Source: Promethearchaeia archaeon | Lineage (GTDB): Archaea; Asgardarchaeota; Lokiarchaeia; Sigyniarchaeales; SOKP01 | Assembly: GCA_046497275.1 (NCBI GenBank) | Contig: JAWOFX010000001.1 | Location: forward strand, 1 to 32,000 | DNA: 32,000 nt | Direction of reading: 5' to 3' | Shown: piece by piece, positions 19,209-27,831 of the stretch | How positions within the stretch are numbered: the stretch's first letter is position 1 | Layout: every line of letters begins with the position of its first letter | Made by a program: the position numbers and the translations under genes | The notes under the pieces: generated by a model | Databases searched by the model: none | The model's input: only the letters and a program-made list of their open reading frames with translations | Told to the model about the DNA's origin: nothing

Positions 19209-19424
19209 ATGATTGAATTAATTCTCTTGATTCTTGCTGTCGTATTTACAGTTCTTGGTTTTTATTATTTTATAAATAATTTCAGGAAGATTAGCAAAAA
19301 TAAAGTAGAATCTACTGAAGAGAATGAATTCCCTAGAGACATTAAAAGAAGTTTTGGCTTTCTTCTAGGAGGATTTCTTTTTATCACATTTTTAAGTATC
19401 ATCATTGTATTAACACGCTTTTGA
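19209..19424 (+). CDS. Small two-TM membrane protein of unknown function
   Basis: 71 aa; two hydrophobic segments separated by a charged loop; co-oriented between purC and purS. Confidence 0.6.
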   Translation: MIELILLILAVVFTVLGFYYFINNFRKISKNKVESTEENEFPRDIKRSFGFLLGGFLFITFLSIIIVLTRF

Positions 19425-19567
19425 AATAAGAATTTCATGATATAAACTTATTTAAGATTGATGGTTTTAATAAGGAAGAGACTTCTTATTTAGGCTTTTT
19501 AGATGAGTAGCCATTATTTTTAAGTTAATAAGAATTATTTTAAGTATAAACACTTTTTTTTCATAAA

Positions 19568-19846
19568 ATGGGATTAGAATTAAAAGATTTTGTGGTCGAA
19601 GTTGTATTAACTAACAAGGAAAAAGCCAGAGATCCAACGGGTGAGACAATTCAACGAGATCTCTTAGCTAAAAAGGGATATTCTGCGATTTCGAATGTAA
19701 GAAGCGGACAATATTTAAAAATATCAATTAAAGCAAAAGATAGCGATGATGCGAAACAAATTATAATTAATATGTGTAATGAATTAAGAATTTTTAACCC
19801 TGTAACCCAAGATCTTCACATTATAAATGTAACTGAACAAAATTAA
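19568..19846 (+). CDS. purS: Phosphoribosylformylglycinamidine synthase subunit PurS
   Basis: DPTGETI, VRSGQY, LRIFNPV; directly upstream of purQ and purL. Confidence 0.9.
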   Translation: MGLELKDFVVEVVLTNKEKARDPTGETIQRDLLAKKGYSAISNVRSGQYLKISIKAKDSDDAKQIIINMCNELRIFNPVTQDLHIINVTEQN

Positions 19847-19852
19847 AATAAA

Positions 19853-20563
19853 ATGAGTTTAAAAGTTGCAGTTATTCAATTTCCAGGGTCTAATTGTGAT
19901 TTAGATACACTCCATGTATTGAATAACGTAATGAATTTAGATGCCGAATTAATATGGCATAATGAGTTTAAGGGTGCTAGGTTTGATGCTGCAGTCTTAC
20001 CAGGAGGGTTTTCTTTTGGAGATTATCTAAGATCTGGTATTATCGCTGCTCACAGCCCAGCTATTGATGAAGCTAAGGAAATGTTAAAAGAGGATAAACC
20101 TATACTTGGAATTTGTAATGGATTTCAAATTCTTACAGAGGCACAGATGCTCCCGGGAGCGTTATTGCAAAATGAATCATTGAAATTTATTTGTAAATGG
20201 ATTAATATTAAAGTGGAGAATATCCAAACCGCATTTACAAATCAAATGGGTAAAGGAAAAGTTTTAGATATCCCAATAGCTCACGGAGAGGGAAGATATT
20301 TTACAGATAACATTAAGGAACTTAGAGACAATGACCAAATCATTTTTAGATATACCAATCACGATGGAATTATCGATCAGGATTCAAATCCTAATGGTTC
20401 ACTGGATAGTATAGCTGGAGTATGTAATTTAGAAAGAAATTGTCTTGGACTAATGCCACATCCAGAACGAGCTTCCGAAGAAATATTAAGTCCTAATAAG
20501 ACCACACACGGGAGGTTATTTTTTCATTCAATGATTAGTTTCATAAAAAAAGGAGGGATCTGA
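19853..20563 (+). CDS. purQ: FGAM synthase glutaminase subunit PurQ
   Basis: [44 protein letters not shown]. Confidence 0.97.
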   Translation: MSLKVAVIQFPGSNCDLDTLHVLNNVMNLDAELIWHNEFKGARFDAAVLPGGFSFGDYLRSGIIAAHSPAIDEAKEMLKEDKPILGICNGFQILTEAQMLPGALLQNESLKFICKWINIKVENIQTAFTNQMGKGKVLDIPIAHGEGRYFTDNIKELRDNDQIIFRYTNHDGIIDQDSNPNGSLDSIAGVCNLERNCLGLMPHPERASEEILSPNKTTHGRLFFHSMISFIKKGGI

Positions 20564-22810
20564 GTGACTAAAGTAAATGTGGGAGAAGATGAGTTAGACG
20601 TTGATTTAACAGAGGATGAAATAGATTATATAAAAAACACGTTAGAACATCCACCGTCTATTACAGAATTAGGTATGTTTGATGTCATGTGGTCAGAACA
20701 TTGTTCCTATAAATCCTCAAGACCCAAATTGAAATTATTTGAAGATGCTGAAAAAAATTATGATTATGTCCTTGCTGGACCTGGACAGGATGCTGGAGTA
20801 ATAGATATTGGGGATGGATATTGTTTAGCATTTCGGATCGAATCACATAATCACCCCTCAGCAATAGAACCTTATCATGGAGCAGCTACGGGAATCGGAG
20901 GGATTATCCGGGATATTTTATGCATGGGAGTTCGCCCGATTGCTTTATTAGATCCTCTTCGTTTTGGTCCACTTAAAAATGATCCTCATTCTCAATGGCT
21001 ATTTAAATACGTTGTTAAGGGAATTGCTGACTATGGTAATTGCACAGGTATCCCAACGATTGGAGGTGAAGTTGAATTTGATAAAAGTTTCAGAAACAAT
21101 TGCCTGGTTAATGTAGCATGTATTGGTTTAGGGACTGTAGAAGATTTTAAGCATGCCCCAAGCAGGGCATATAATCCAGGAGATTATATTATTTTAATGG
21201 GGGGGTCCACTGGGAGAGATGGTATCCATGGTGTTACTTTTGCTTCAAGAACGTTAACTGAACAATCAGAAGAAGATCGACCTGCTGTTCAAATTGGGGA
21301 TCCTTTTACTAAAAAATTAATTATAGAGGCAACTTTAGAAGCAATTAAATCCGGGTACGTGAGAGGTTTGAAGGATTTAGGAGGGGGAGGTTTATCATGT
21401 GCGTTAAGCGAATTAACTGGAGATGGAGGAACTGGGGCTAAAGTTGATTTAGAAAAAATATTTATCCGCGAGCCCGGAATGAATTCTTTTGAAATTATGC
21501 TTTCAGAATCACAAGAAAGAATGGCATTCATTGTAAAACCAGAAGGACTTAATGAAATTTTAAGAATATTTAGAAAGTATGAAATGGCGCACGAAGTTAT
21601 TGGTAGAACAGATGATTCCCAGATATTGAAAGTATATGAGAATGATAATTTAGTTGTGAGTTTACCAGCTGTCGCCCTTTCAGAATCACCCGTTAAAGAG
21701 AGAGAAGAAAAGCGTCCAGAATATCTTGACAAATTACTTTCCCAAAAAACCCCCGAAACTAATTTATCTCCTGAAGAAATTCTCTATACATTAATTTCTT
21801 CTGAAAATATTTGTAATAAAGAATGGATTTATCGTCAATATGATCACGAAGTTGGAATTAGATCGGTTGTAAAATGTGGTAGGGGGGATTCAGGAGTATT
21901 AAGGATCAAAGAAACTAATAAATTCATCGCTACCAGTGTGGGCTCAAATTCAAAGCACTGCTTTCTCGATCCATATAATGGTGCTAAAGGAAATCTAGTT
22001 GAAATTTGTGGAAATATTATAGCTAATGGAGCAAAACCGATGGCAATGGTGAATTGCTGTAATTTCGGCAATCCTGAAAAACCAGAATCTTATTGGTATT
22101 TCTTTAAATCAGTACAAGGGATGGCCGATTTTTGCAGAAATCTTAGAATACCGGTGGTGGGGGGAAATGTATCCTTTTATAATGAAGATGAGGTAACGAA
22201 AACAGCCATAAAACCCACTCCACAAATTATGATCGTTGGATTAATTGAAGGAGAAGAGAATATTATTACTATGCCTTTTAAGAAATCTGGAAATGAGATT
22301 TTATTAATCGGAGAAATAAAAGCAGAATTGGGAGGATCTGAATATCATTCAATTATCCATAATATTCAGGGCGGAAACCCTCCAAAAGTAGATGAAAACC
22401 GAGTAAAAAAAATATGGGGCTTAATTGGTGAATTATATAAAAGAAAAATAATTGAAGCAAATCATGATATTAACAAAGGGGGGTTTATAATAACTATTGC
22501 TGAGATGTGCTTTGATAATCAATATGGTGCGGATTTGGATTTAGGTGAATTACTTAACGGAGAACTTTCAGAAGAGGAATTATTATATAGTGAGAGCGTG
22601 GGAAGATTTGTGATTGAGACAAATCCTAACAATACCGAGTCAATAAAAAAATTAGCCGATAAATTTAATGTTCCAGTGTATCATATTGGTAATATTTCGT
22701 CCGAACCTCAAATACACATTAATGGACTTAGCTCAGGAGAAATAATACTAGATGTTCTAAAAATGAAAAAATTGTATGATTCTACCATTCCAAATTTAAT
22801 GGAAATTTAA
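20564..22810 (+). CDS. purL: FGAM synthase subunit PurL
   Basis: WSEHCSYKSS, ESHNHPS, TGRDGIHG, DLGGGG, SESQERM, QYDHEV, NFGNPE, GGNVSFYN. GTG start abuts the purQ TGA. Confidence 0.97.
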   Translation: MTKVNVGEDELDVDLTEDEIDYIKNTLEHPPSITELGMFDVMWSEHCSYKSSRPKLKLFEDAEKNYDYVLAGPGQDAGVIDIGDGYCLAFRIESHNHPSAIEPYHGAATGIGGIIRDILCMGVRPIALLDPLRFGPLKNDPHSQWLFKYVVKGIADYGNCTGIPTIGGEVEFDKSFRNNCLVNVACIGLGTVEDFKHAPSRAYNPGDYIILMGGSTGRDGIHGVTFASRTLTEQSEEDRPAVQIGDPFTKKLIIEATLEAIKSGYVRGLKDLGGGGLSCALSELTGDGGTGAKVDLEKIFIREPGMNSFEIMLSESQERMAFIVKPEGLNEILRIFRKYEMAHEVIGRTDDSQILKVYENDNLVVSLPAVALSESPVKEREEKRPEYLDKLLSQKTPETNLSPEEILYTLISSENICNKEWIYRQYDHEVGIRSVVKCGRGDSGVLRIKETNKFIATSVGSNSKHCFLDPYNGAKGNLVEICGNIIANGAKPMAMVNCCNFGNPEKPESYWYFFKSVQGMADFCRNLRIPVVGGNVSFYNEDEVTKTAIKPTPQIMIVGLIEGEENIITMPFKKSGNEILLIGEIKAELGGSEYHSIIHNIQGGNPPKVDENRVKKIWGLIGELYKRKIIEANHDINKGGFIITIAEMCFDNQYGADLDLGELLNGELSEEELLYSESVGRFVIETNPNNTESIKKLADKFNVPVYHIGNISSEPQIHINGLSSGEIILDVLKMKKLYDSTIPNLMEI

Positions 22811-23076
22811 CTTTTAAAGATTGCGAGCAAATATTTAATCCTATAAAGAAATAGACTTCTCAAAATCCAATTGAATTTCTTAGATCAGAGAAAAAAATTT
22901 ATCACTTACTTTTTTTAAAATGAAAATTCAAAAAGATAAAGAGGATTTAATTCCCACATTCACTAATTTAAAAGGAAGATTTAGAGATTATAGGAAAAAA
23001 AGTTAAATATTCAGCGACACTTATTTAAATAGGATATTTGGATATAAATTAATACATAAAAGTTGATATAAATTTG

Positions 23077-23271
23077 ATGGCTCGAGCATGCTTGAAGTGT
23101 AAGGAGTACGTCTTAATTTTTCCTGAGAATCCAAGCAACATCGTGCTTATTAACGAGTTTGAGGCAAAACACCGGGGGCATACTTTGATCACTCTAAACT
23201 TTGAGGAAATAAAAGGTACATTCAAAAAATACTCTAAAAATGAAAAATCTTCCGAAGAGCAAGAAAATTAA
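23077..23271 (+). CDS. Small putative zinc-binding protein (CxxC...HxxH)
   Basis: MARACLKCKEY...FEAKHRGHTL. ATG at 23077 (TTG at 23074); TATA-like TATAAA at 23043-23048. Confidence 0.7.
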   Translation: MARACLKCKEYVLIFPENPSNIVLINEFEAKHRGHTLITLNFEEIKGTFKKYSKNEKSSEEQEN

Positions 23272-23285
23272 ATCATAAATAATTT

Positions 23286-23402
23286 CTAAATTCCTTCTCT
23301 GTATGATTTTCCAATTTTAAATAATTCAATTTTTTCTTGTTCCAACGCTTTTATGGATAATTGGTACCTTAACTCAAGATTTTTGGAATCATGTAATTCC
23401 AT
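23286..23402 (-). CDS. Candidate 38-aa small protein (MELHDSKNLELRYQLSIKALEQEKIELFKIGKSYREGI)
   Basis: Translated by hand and below the ORF-track cutoff. ATG at 23402, TAG at 23286-23288. Upstream on the minus strand: TATATAAGGAG about 15-25 nt before the ATG. Confidence 0.4.
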   Translation of the reverse strand: MELHDSKNLELRYQLSIKALEQEKIELFKIGKSYREGI

Positions 23403-23511
23403 GGTTTGGGTTTTTTGCTCCTTATATAGGTGCTACGTTAGCTGTTATTAGCCTTTTTCTACAAAAGGAATATTAAAATATTATAGAATCTTTTTCTATT
23501 CTTTTTTTTAT

Positions 23512-23706
23512 TTATAGATTTTTATTTTTAGAATTAAGAAATGCCACTGACTTCATTTTTAATATTTTAACCCTATATTGAAATTCCGGACAGATTTTGC
23601 AAGCAAGATAATTACAAATAGTACCTATTTTTGGGAGAGGGCAACTATGTTCAAAAGGGCAAATTTGAGCTTCAATAATAGGAATGGATTCAATTTTTAC
23701 AGTCAT
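23512..23706 (-). CDS. Small Cys-rich putative metal-binding protein
   Basis: Six Cys in CPFEHSCPLPKIGTICNYLACKICPEF. ATG at 23706 preferred over TTG at 23721. Confidence 0.65.
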   Translation of the reverse strand: MTVKIESIPIIEAQICPFEHSCPLPKIGTICNYLACKICPEFQYRVKILKMKSVAFLNSKNKNL

Positions 23707-23961
23707 AATTTCTCTTCTCAAATCTGTTTTTGATTTAAAGAGTACTAATAGAATTATTAATCGAAGAGAGAGTTGAAGTTTTATAATTTTTACACTAAAC
23801 TAAAAAATGTATTAATAATTTTTTCACGAAAATCTTCTTACTATACTCAATTTCATAGGATAAATCTATTTTTATATAATTATTGTATGGAAAGCCTTCC
23901 AGTTCTTATTAATCGTTATAAATCTCAGATATAATGCTTTATATAAGAATTTTATTAATTG

Positions 23962-24036
23962 TTCGATTTACGATATATTTATAAATGGGATTTCATAATA
24001 TATTATAAATCGAATATAATATATCGAAATCGAATA
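23962..24036. promoter_or_regulatory. Candidate operator array and TATA box upstream of padR-hsp20
   Basis: TTCGATTTACGATATAT (23962-23978) is a near-perfect inverted repeat of ATATATCGAAATCGAA (24019-24034), with one indel. AAATCGAATA occurs at 24007 and 24027. TTTATAAA at 23978-23985. Confidence 0.55.
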
Positions 24037-24064
24037 AGAAAATGAAAAATAGAGGAGAGTAGAA

Positions 24065-24715
24065 TTGTTCTTTGGTAAGAGGTTTAGCGGATATCATGAG
24101 GGATCAGTTTCTGGTTTGGAAATTTTGGTGATGACTTTAATAAAAGGTCAGCCTAATTTAACCGGATATGATATCATTCAAGAGATTAATAGAAAATTCA
24201 AGCCTATGTGGAAGGCATCACCTGGAACGATTTATCCGTTGTTGAAGCGGCTTTTGAGAAAAGAATTAGTTAATGTTGAGGAAATTGTCGATGAAAATAA
24301 CAGAGAAAAACGAATTTATACTATAAGTGAAAAAGGAATTGAGGAATTAAAGAAGGTATTGAAAGGAAATCTTGAACCTAGTATCCACACTTTAGGAAAA
24401 TTTATACGTACAATTTCAAAAGGCATAAATTTTGATGGAGATATTGAAAAGATATTTAGTTGCTTTCCCTTCAGCGATCCAGGGTATGAGAGGGAAATTG
24501 ATGTGAAAGATATTTCAAGAGAAAACATAGAGAGGATCATAAGACGAGTTAAGGGTTTAAAGAGGCATAGGAGGAGATTGAAAAAGAGAATGGAAGATAT
24601 CAATAATCAAATCAATCACTATGAAGAGATATTGGAAAATCTTAAAAATAAACGTGAAAAAGAAGCTAAACCAATACCTATTGTAGAAGACGATGACGAA
24701 TTCGAAGATTTTTAA
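24065..24715 (+). CDS. PadR-family winged-helix transcriptional regulator with C-terminal coiled coil
   Basis: LTGYDIIQEI, WKASPGTIYPLLKRL, KRIYTISEKG. TTG start with SD GGAG at 24054-24057. Confidence 0.92.
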   Translation: MFFGKRFSGYHEGSVSGLEILVMTLIKGQPNLTGYDIIQEINRKFKPMWKASPGTIYPLLKRLLRKELVNVEEIVDENNREKRIYTISEKGIEELKKVLKGNLEPSIHTLGKFIRTISKGINFDGDIEKIFSCFPFSDPGYEREIDVKDISRENIERIIRRVKGLKRHRRRLKKRMEDINNQINHYEEILENLKNKREKEAKPIPIVEDDDEFEDF

Positions 24716-24758
24716 AACTAAAATTAAAAAAAATTAAAAAATGAGGTAATTAAAGAAA

Positions 24759-25253
24759 ATGTGTCATGAAACTGAATGGAATGTACACTCAAGAAGAGGA
24801 CATCCCGATTTTTTTGGAGAAGAATTTCCTTATATGTTAAAAGATATGCTTGGGTATATGAAACATCATATGAAAAGATTTGAAGGATGGGTTCCATATG
24901 ATATTGAAGACTCTGAATCAGATTATATGATTTCAGTACCACTACCCGGTCTCTCAAGGGAAGATTTAGAAGTATCATTAATTAGCAGTAATTTGAATAT
25001 AAAAGCACAAAGAAAAGGAAATAAAGAAGATGTGAAAAAAAATCATTTTAGACATCCAGAATTTCGAAGAGGAGATTTTTTAAAAGATATTTTTACATCT
25101 ATTTGGAAAAGGGATGTGAATTTAGACATTCCTCTACCATCAAACGCAGATGAGGATTCAATAAAATCAAAAATGAAAGACGGATTACTCAGAATAAAGA
25201 TAGGAAAGAAACCACCAAAAAAAGTGGATATTAATACTGAGGAAAACGAATAA
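24759..25253 (+). CDS. Small heat-shock protein (Hsp20/alpha-crystallin family)
   Basis: VPYDIEDS, VPLPGLSREDLEV, IPLPSNAD, SKMKDGLLRIKIGK, C-terminal V-D-I (IxI-like) motif; SD GAGGT. Confidence 0.9.
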   Translation: MCHETEWNVHSRRGHPDFFGEEFPYMLKDMLGYMKHHMKRFEGWVPYDIEDSESDYMISVPLPGLSREDLEVSLISSNLNIKAQRKGNKEDVKKNHFRHPEFRRGDFLKDIFTSIWKRDVNLDIPLPSNADEDSIKSKMKDGLLRIKIGKKPPKKVDINTEENE

Positions 25254-25277
25254 TCCGATTTAATTCTAAATAAAAAG

Positions 25278-25358
25278 GGGAGACTTTAGATTTTAAATGA
25301 AAATGGTAGCCGGGAAGCATACATTTTCTCTAAAGTTCCCAATATTATAATTTTTTTT
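25278..25358 (+). terminator. Long bulged hairpin followed by a U-tract after hsp20 (terminator or structured RNA)
   Basis: GGGA/TCCC, ACTTTAGA/TCTAAAGT and GAAAATG/CATTTTC pairings; T8 at 25351-25358. Confidence 0.5.
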
Positions 25359-25591
25359 ATTTCTTATATTTTTATTATATTTTTTATCTACTATTGAATA
25401 TTTTTATATTTATGAATTTTTAAAATTAAGATTACAAAAGGCTTAATAGATTTTCATCCGTTGTCTCTAATTATACATATCGCTCTTGAAATTAAGCAAT
25501 TTGTAAATCTTATTAAAGAATATTTCAAGATTTATTAAGTGAAAGACCAAAATATCATATGATAATTTTGAAAAAACTAAGGTGAAATAAA

Positions 25592-27394
25592 ATGGAAAAA
25601 ATTGTGAGGATAAATTTAACAACAAAGGACATTAACACAGAAGAGATTTCAGAGGAGAAAGAAGGAAAATATATCGGAGGTTCGGGAGTTGCGGCTTCGC
25701 TATTTGTGAAGGAGGTTCCAGCAGATATTAATGCTTTTGATGAAGAGAATCTATTAATATTTTCAGTAGGTCCTTTTTGTGGAACTGCAATACCATTCTG
25801 TGGAAGACATTTTGTAATGGCAAAATCTCCCCTGACTAATATATTAGGTGAATCTTCAGCTGGGGGATTTTTTGGAAGAGAATTAAGAGCGGCAGGATAT
25901 AATCACATAATATTTGAGGGCAAAAGTGAAAACCCCGTATACCTATATATTGATGATGGAAATGTAGAAATTAAGGATGCCTCAAGCTTATGGGGAAAGG
26001 GCATTCATCAAACCGAATCTCTAATCAAGAAAGAACTTAATGAAGAACAATTGAAAATAGCTTTAATCGGTCTTGCGGGAGAAAACTTGGTACGATATGC
26101 GTCTATAATTAGTGAGGGTGATCATGCGGCGGGAAGATGCGGTTTAGGAGCAGTGATGGGCAGTAAGAATTTAAAGGCAATAGCAATTAAGGGGAATAAC
26201 AAAATTGAGACTGCTAATAGGGAGGGTGTTTTAAATGCAGCTAAAGAATTGCAGCAACTAACAAAAGCAAGTCCATTAGCCAATATCATGAAAGATTCTG
26301 GGACCGTTATTCATATGGATAATTACACGAGATTTGGAGATGTCCCAATTAAGAATTATTCAGAGAGTAGGTGGAAAGGCACAAAAAATATTGGATATTA
26401 TGCTATGCAAGAAAGAGGAGAAATAAAAACAACAGCTTGTTTCAACTGCCCTGTAGGCTGTAGAGGTGAACTACAATATGAGGGAGAATGGGTAGCATGG
26501 CCTGAATATGAAACATGTGCGATGTTAGGAGCAAATTTATTGGTTGACGATTTAGAAACACTCATAAAATGGAATGAGTTAATAAATGATCTAGGAATTG
26601 ATGCGATTTCGTTAGGAGCGAATTTGGGTTGTTTTCTCGAAGCTGCTGAAAAGGGATTGCTAGATGTTGATTTAGATGTTTTAGGTTTTGAAAAAGATCC
26701 TGAAAATGAAAATCACTATCAAATTTGGGGAGCAACAAAACCAATAGAAAAACTCATAAAAATGACAGCAAATAAAGAAGGAATTGGGAAAGACTTAGCT
26801 GAAGGAGTAGAGAGGTTTATAAAAATCAAAAATCTTCCTGAAGAATTTAATACTACTGGTAAAGGATTAGAAGTTCCCGCACATGAACCGAGATCAAATA
26901 ATCTAACCGCACTAGATTATGCAACAACTAGTAGAGGTGCATATCATTGTTATGAACCAATGCATTTATCATTTCAAATGAATTTAAAAGAAGAGATTGG
27001 ATTAACAGAAAAAATAGATCGATTTAGTGAGGACGAGGAAGTTATAAAGGCTGTGATAAAATTACAAAATTCCAGTGAAGCCTATTCTGCCAGTGGAGGA
27101 TGCATTTTTGGATTCTGGTTTATTCATAAAATTACACCATGGGTAGAAGGTCTTAATGCGATAACAGGCCGAGACTATTCTGTTGATTCTTGGGTAAAAG
27201 CAGGTGAAGATATATTCAATTTAAAGCGTCAATATAATTTGGAATGTGGAATATCCAGTGATGATGATACTGTAGGAAAAAGATTTTTTATACCAATTAA
27301 AAAAGGCGGCACTAAAGGTTACACGCCACCACTTCATGAGTTAGTTCCAAAATACTATGAAAAGCGGGGCTGGAATGAAAAAGGAGTTCCTTAA
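25592..27394 (+). CDS. aor: Aldehyde:ferredoxin oxidoreductase family (tungsten-pterin)
   Basis: KSPLT, GRCGLGAVMGSKNLKAIA, CFNCPVGC, PEYET, LGIDAIS, EVPAHEPR, SRGAYH, YYEKRGW; SD AAGGTGA. Confidence 0.93.
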   Translation: MEKIVRINLTTKDINTEEISEEKEGKYIGGSGVAASLFVKEVPADINAFDEENLLIFSVGPFCGTAIPFCGRHFVMAKSPLTNILGESSAGGFFGRELRAAGYNHIIFEGKSENPVYLYIDDGNVEIKDASSLWGKGIHQTESLIKKELNEEQLKIALIGLAGENLVRYASIISEGDHAAGRCGLGAVMGSKNLKAIAIKGNNKIETANREGVLNAAKELQQLTKASPLANIMKDSGTVIHMDNYTRFGDVPIKNYSESRWKGTKNIGYYAMQERGEIKTTACFNCPVGCRGELQYEGEWVAWPEYETCAMLGANLLVDDLETLIKWNELINDLGIDAISLGANLGCFLEAAEKGLLDVDLDVLGFEKDPENENHYQIWGATKPIEKLIKMTANKEGIGKDLAEGVERFIKIKNLPEEFNTTGKGLEVPAHEPRSNNLTALDYATTSRGAYHCYEPMHLSFQMNLKEEIGLTEKIDRFSEDEEVIKAVIKLQNSSEAYSASGGCIFGFWFIHKITPWVEGLNAITGRDYSVDSWVKAGEDIFNLKRQYNLECGISSDDDTVGKRFFIPIKKGGTKGYTPPLHELVPKYYEKRGWNEKGVP

Positions 27395-27504
27395 TAATTA
27401 AAAATAATTGAGTTTTTTACTTTTTTTTCTCAAGTTTATTCAATATTTTATGAGTTGTATTATCAAAATATAATCACAATATTATACGAAGGAATACAAA
27501 TTGG

Positions 27505-27539
27505 CAGTAATATTGTTATATTATATTAATATATTACTG
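27505..27539. promoter_or_regulatory. 9-bp perfect inverted repeat upstream of the RHH gene
   Basis: CAGTAATAT (27505-27513), 17-nt spacer, ATATTACTG (27531-27539). Confidence 0.35.
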
Positions 27540-27544
27540 ATAAA

Positions 27545-27748
27545 TTGCTGCTTAATATTAACATAATTAATAAAAACAAAGGTGCTCGTATTAAGCTTAT
27601 AACTTGCCATATCCCCGAACAATATGTAAAAGGCATTGAGGAGCTGGTAGATGCAAACTATTACCCTAATAGATCTGAAGCAATTAGAGTAGCCATTCGG
27701 GATTTATTAAAGACCGAACTCAGCTCCCTTATTAGAAGAGAGGATTAA
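27545..27748 (+). CDS. Ribbon-helix-helix (CopG/MetJ/Arc) regulator, CdrS-like; true start possibly ATT at 27590
   Basis: KLITCHIPEQYVKGIEELV...YPNRSEAIRVAIRDLL. No in-frame ATG; SD AAAGGTG lies 5 nt before ATT at 27590. Confidence 0.85.
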   Translation: MLLNINIINKNKGARIKLITCHIPEQYVKGIEELVDANYYPNRSEAIRVAIRDLLKTELSSLIRRED

Positions 27749-27770
27749 TTCTTTTTTTTCATTTTTTTCT
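27749..27770 (+). terminator. Archaeal-type oligo-U terminator after the RHH gene
   Basis: TTCTTTTTTTTCATTTTTTTCT immediately after the stop codon. Confidence 0.45.
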
Positions 27771-27831
27771 ATCTTATTGTTTATTTTTATTCTATCAACT
27801 AAGCATAATTTTTTATTTAGAATAATAATTA

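Noticed and set aside
19425-19567. Purine or ZTP riboswitch upstream of purS
   Set aside because: Only a short AATAAGGAAG/CTTCTTATT hairpin; no aptamer consensus recognised.
22920-23006. 28-aa ORF MKIQKDKEDLIPTFTNLKGRFRDYRKKS
   Set aside because: No SD or recognisable motif; this length is expected by chance.
23321-23476. Plus-strand hydrophobic open frame resembling two TM helices
   Set aside because: No start codon after the in-frame TAA at 23318-23320; explained as the antisense shadow of an A-rich minus-strand ORF and T-rich spacer.
25278-25340. SECIS element or Moco/Tuco riboswitch for the hairpin upstream of aor
   Set aside because: AUGA is present on the 5' arm but the 3' arm has no opposing GA; no nearby gene has an in-frame UGA; the multi-stem Moco consensus is absent and the hairpin lies about 250 nt before the aor start.
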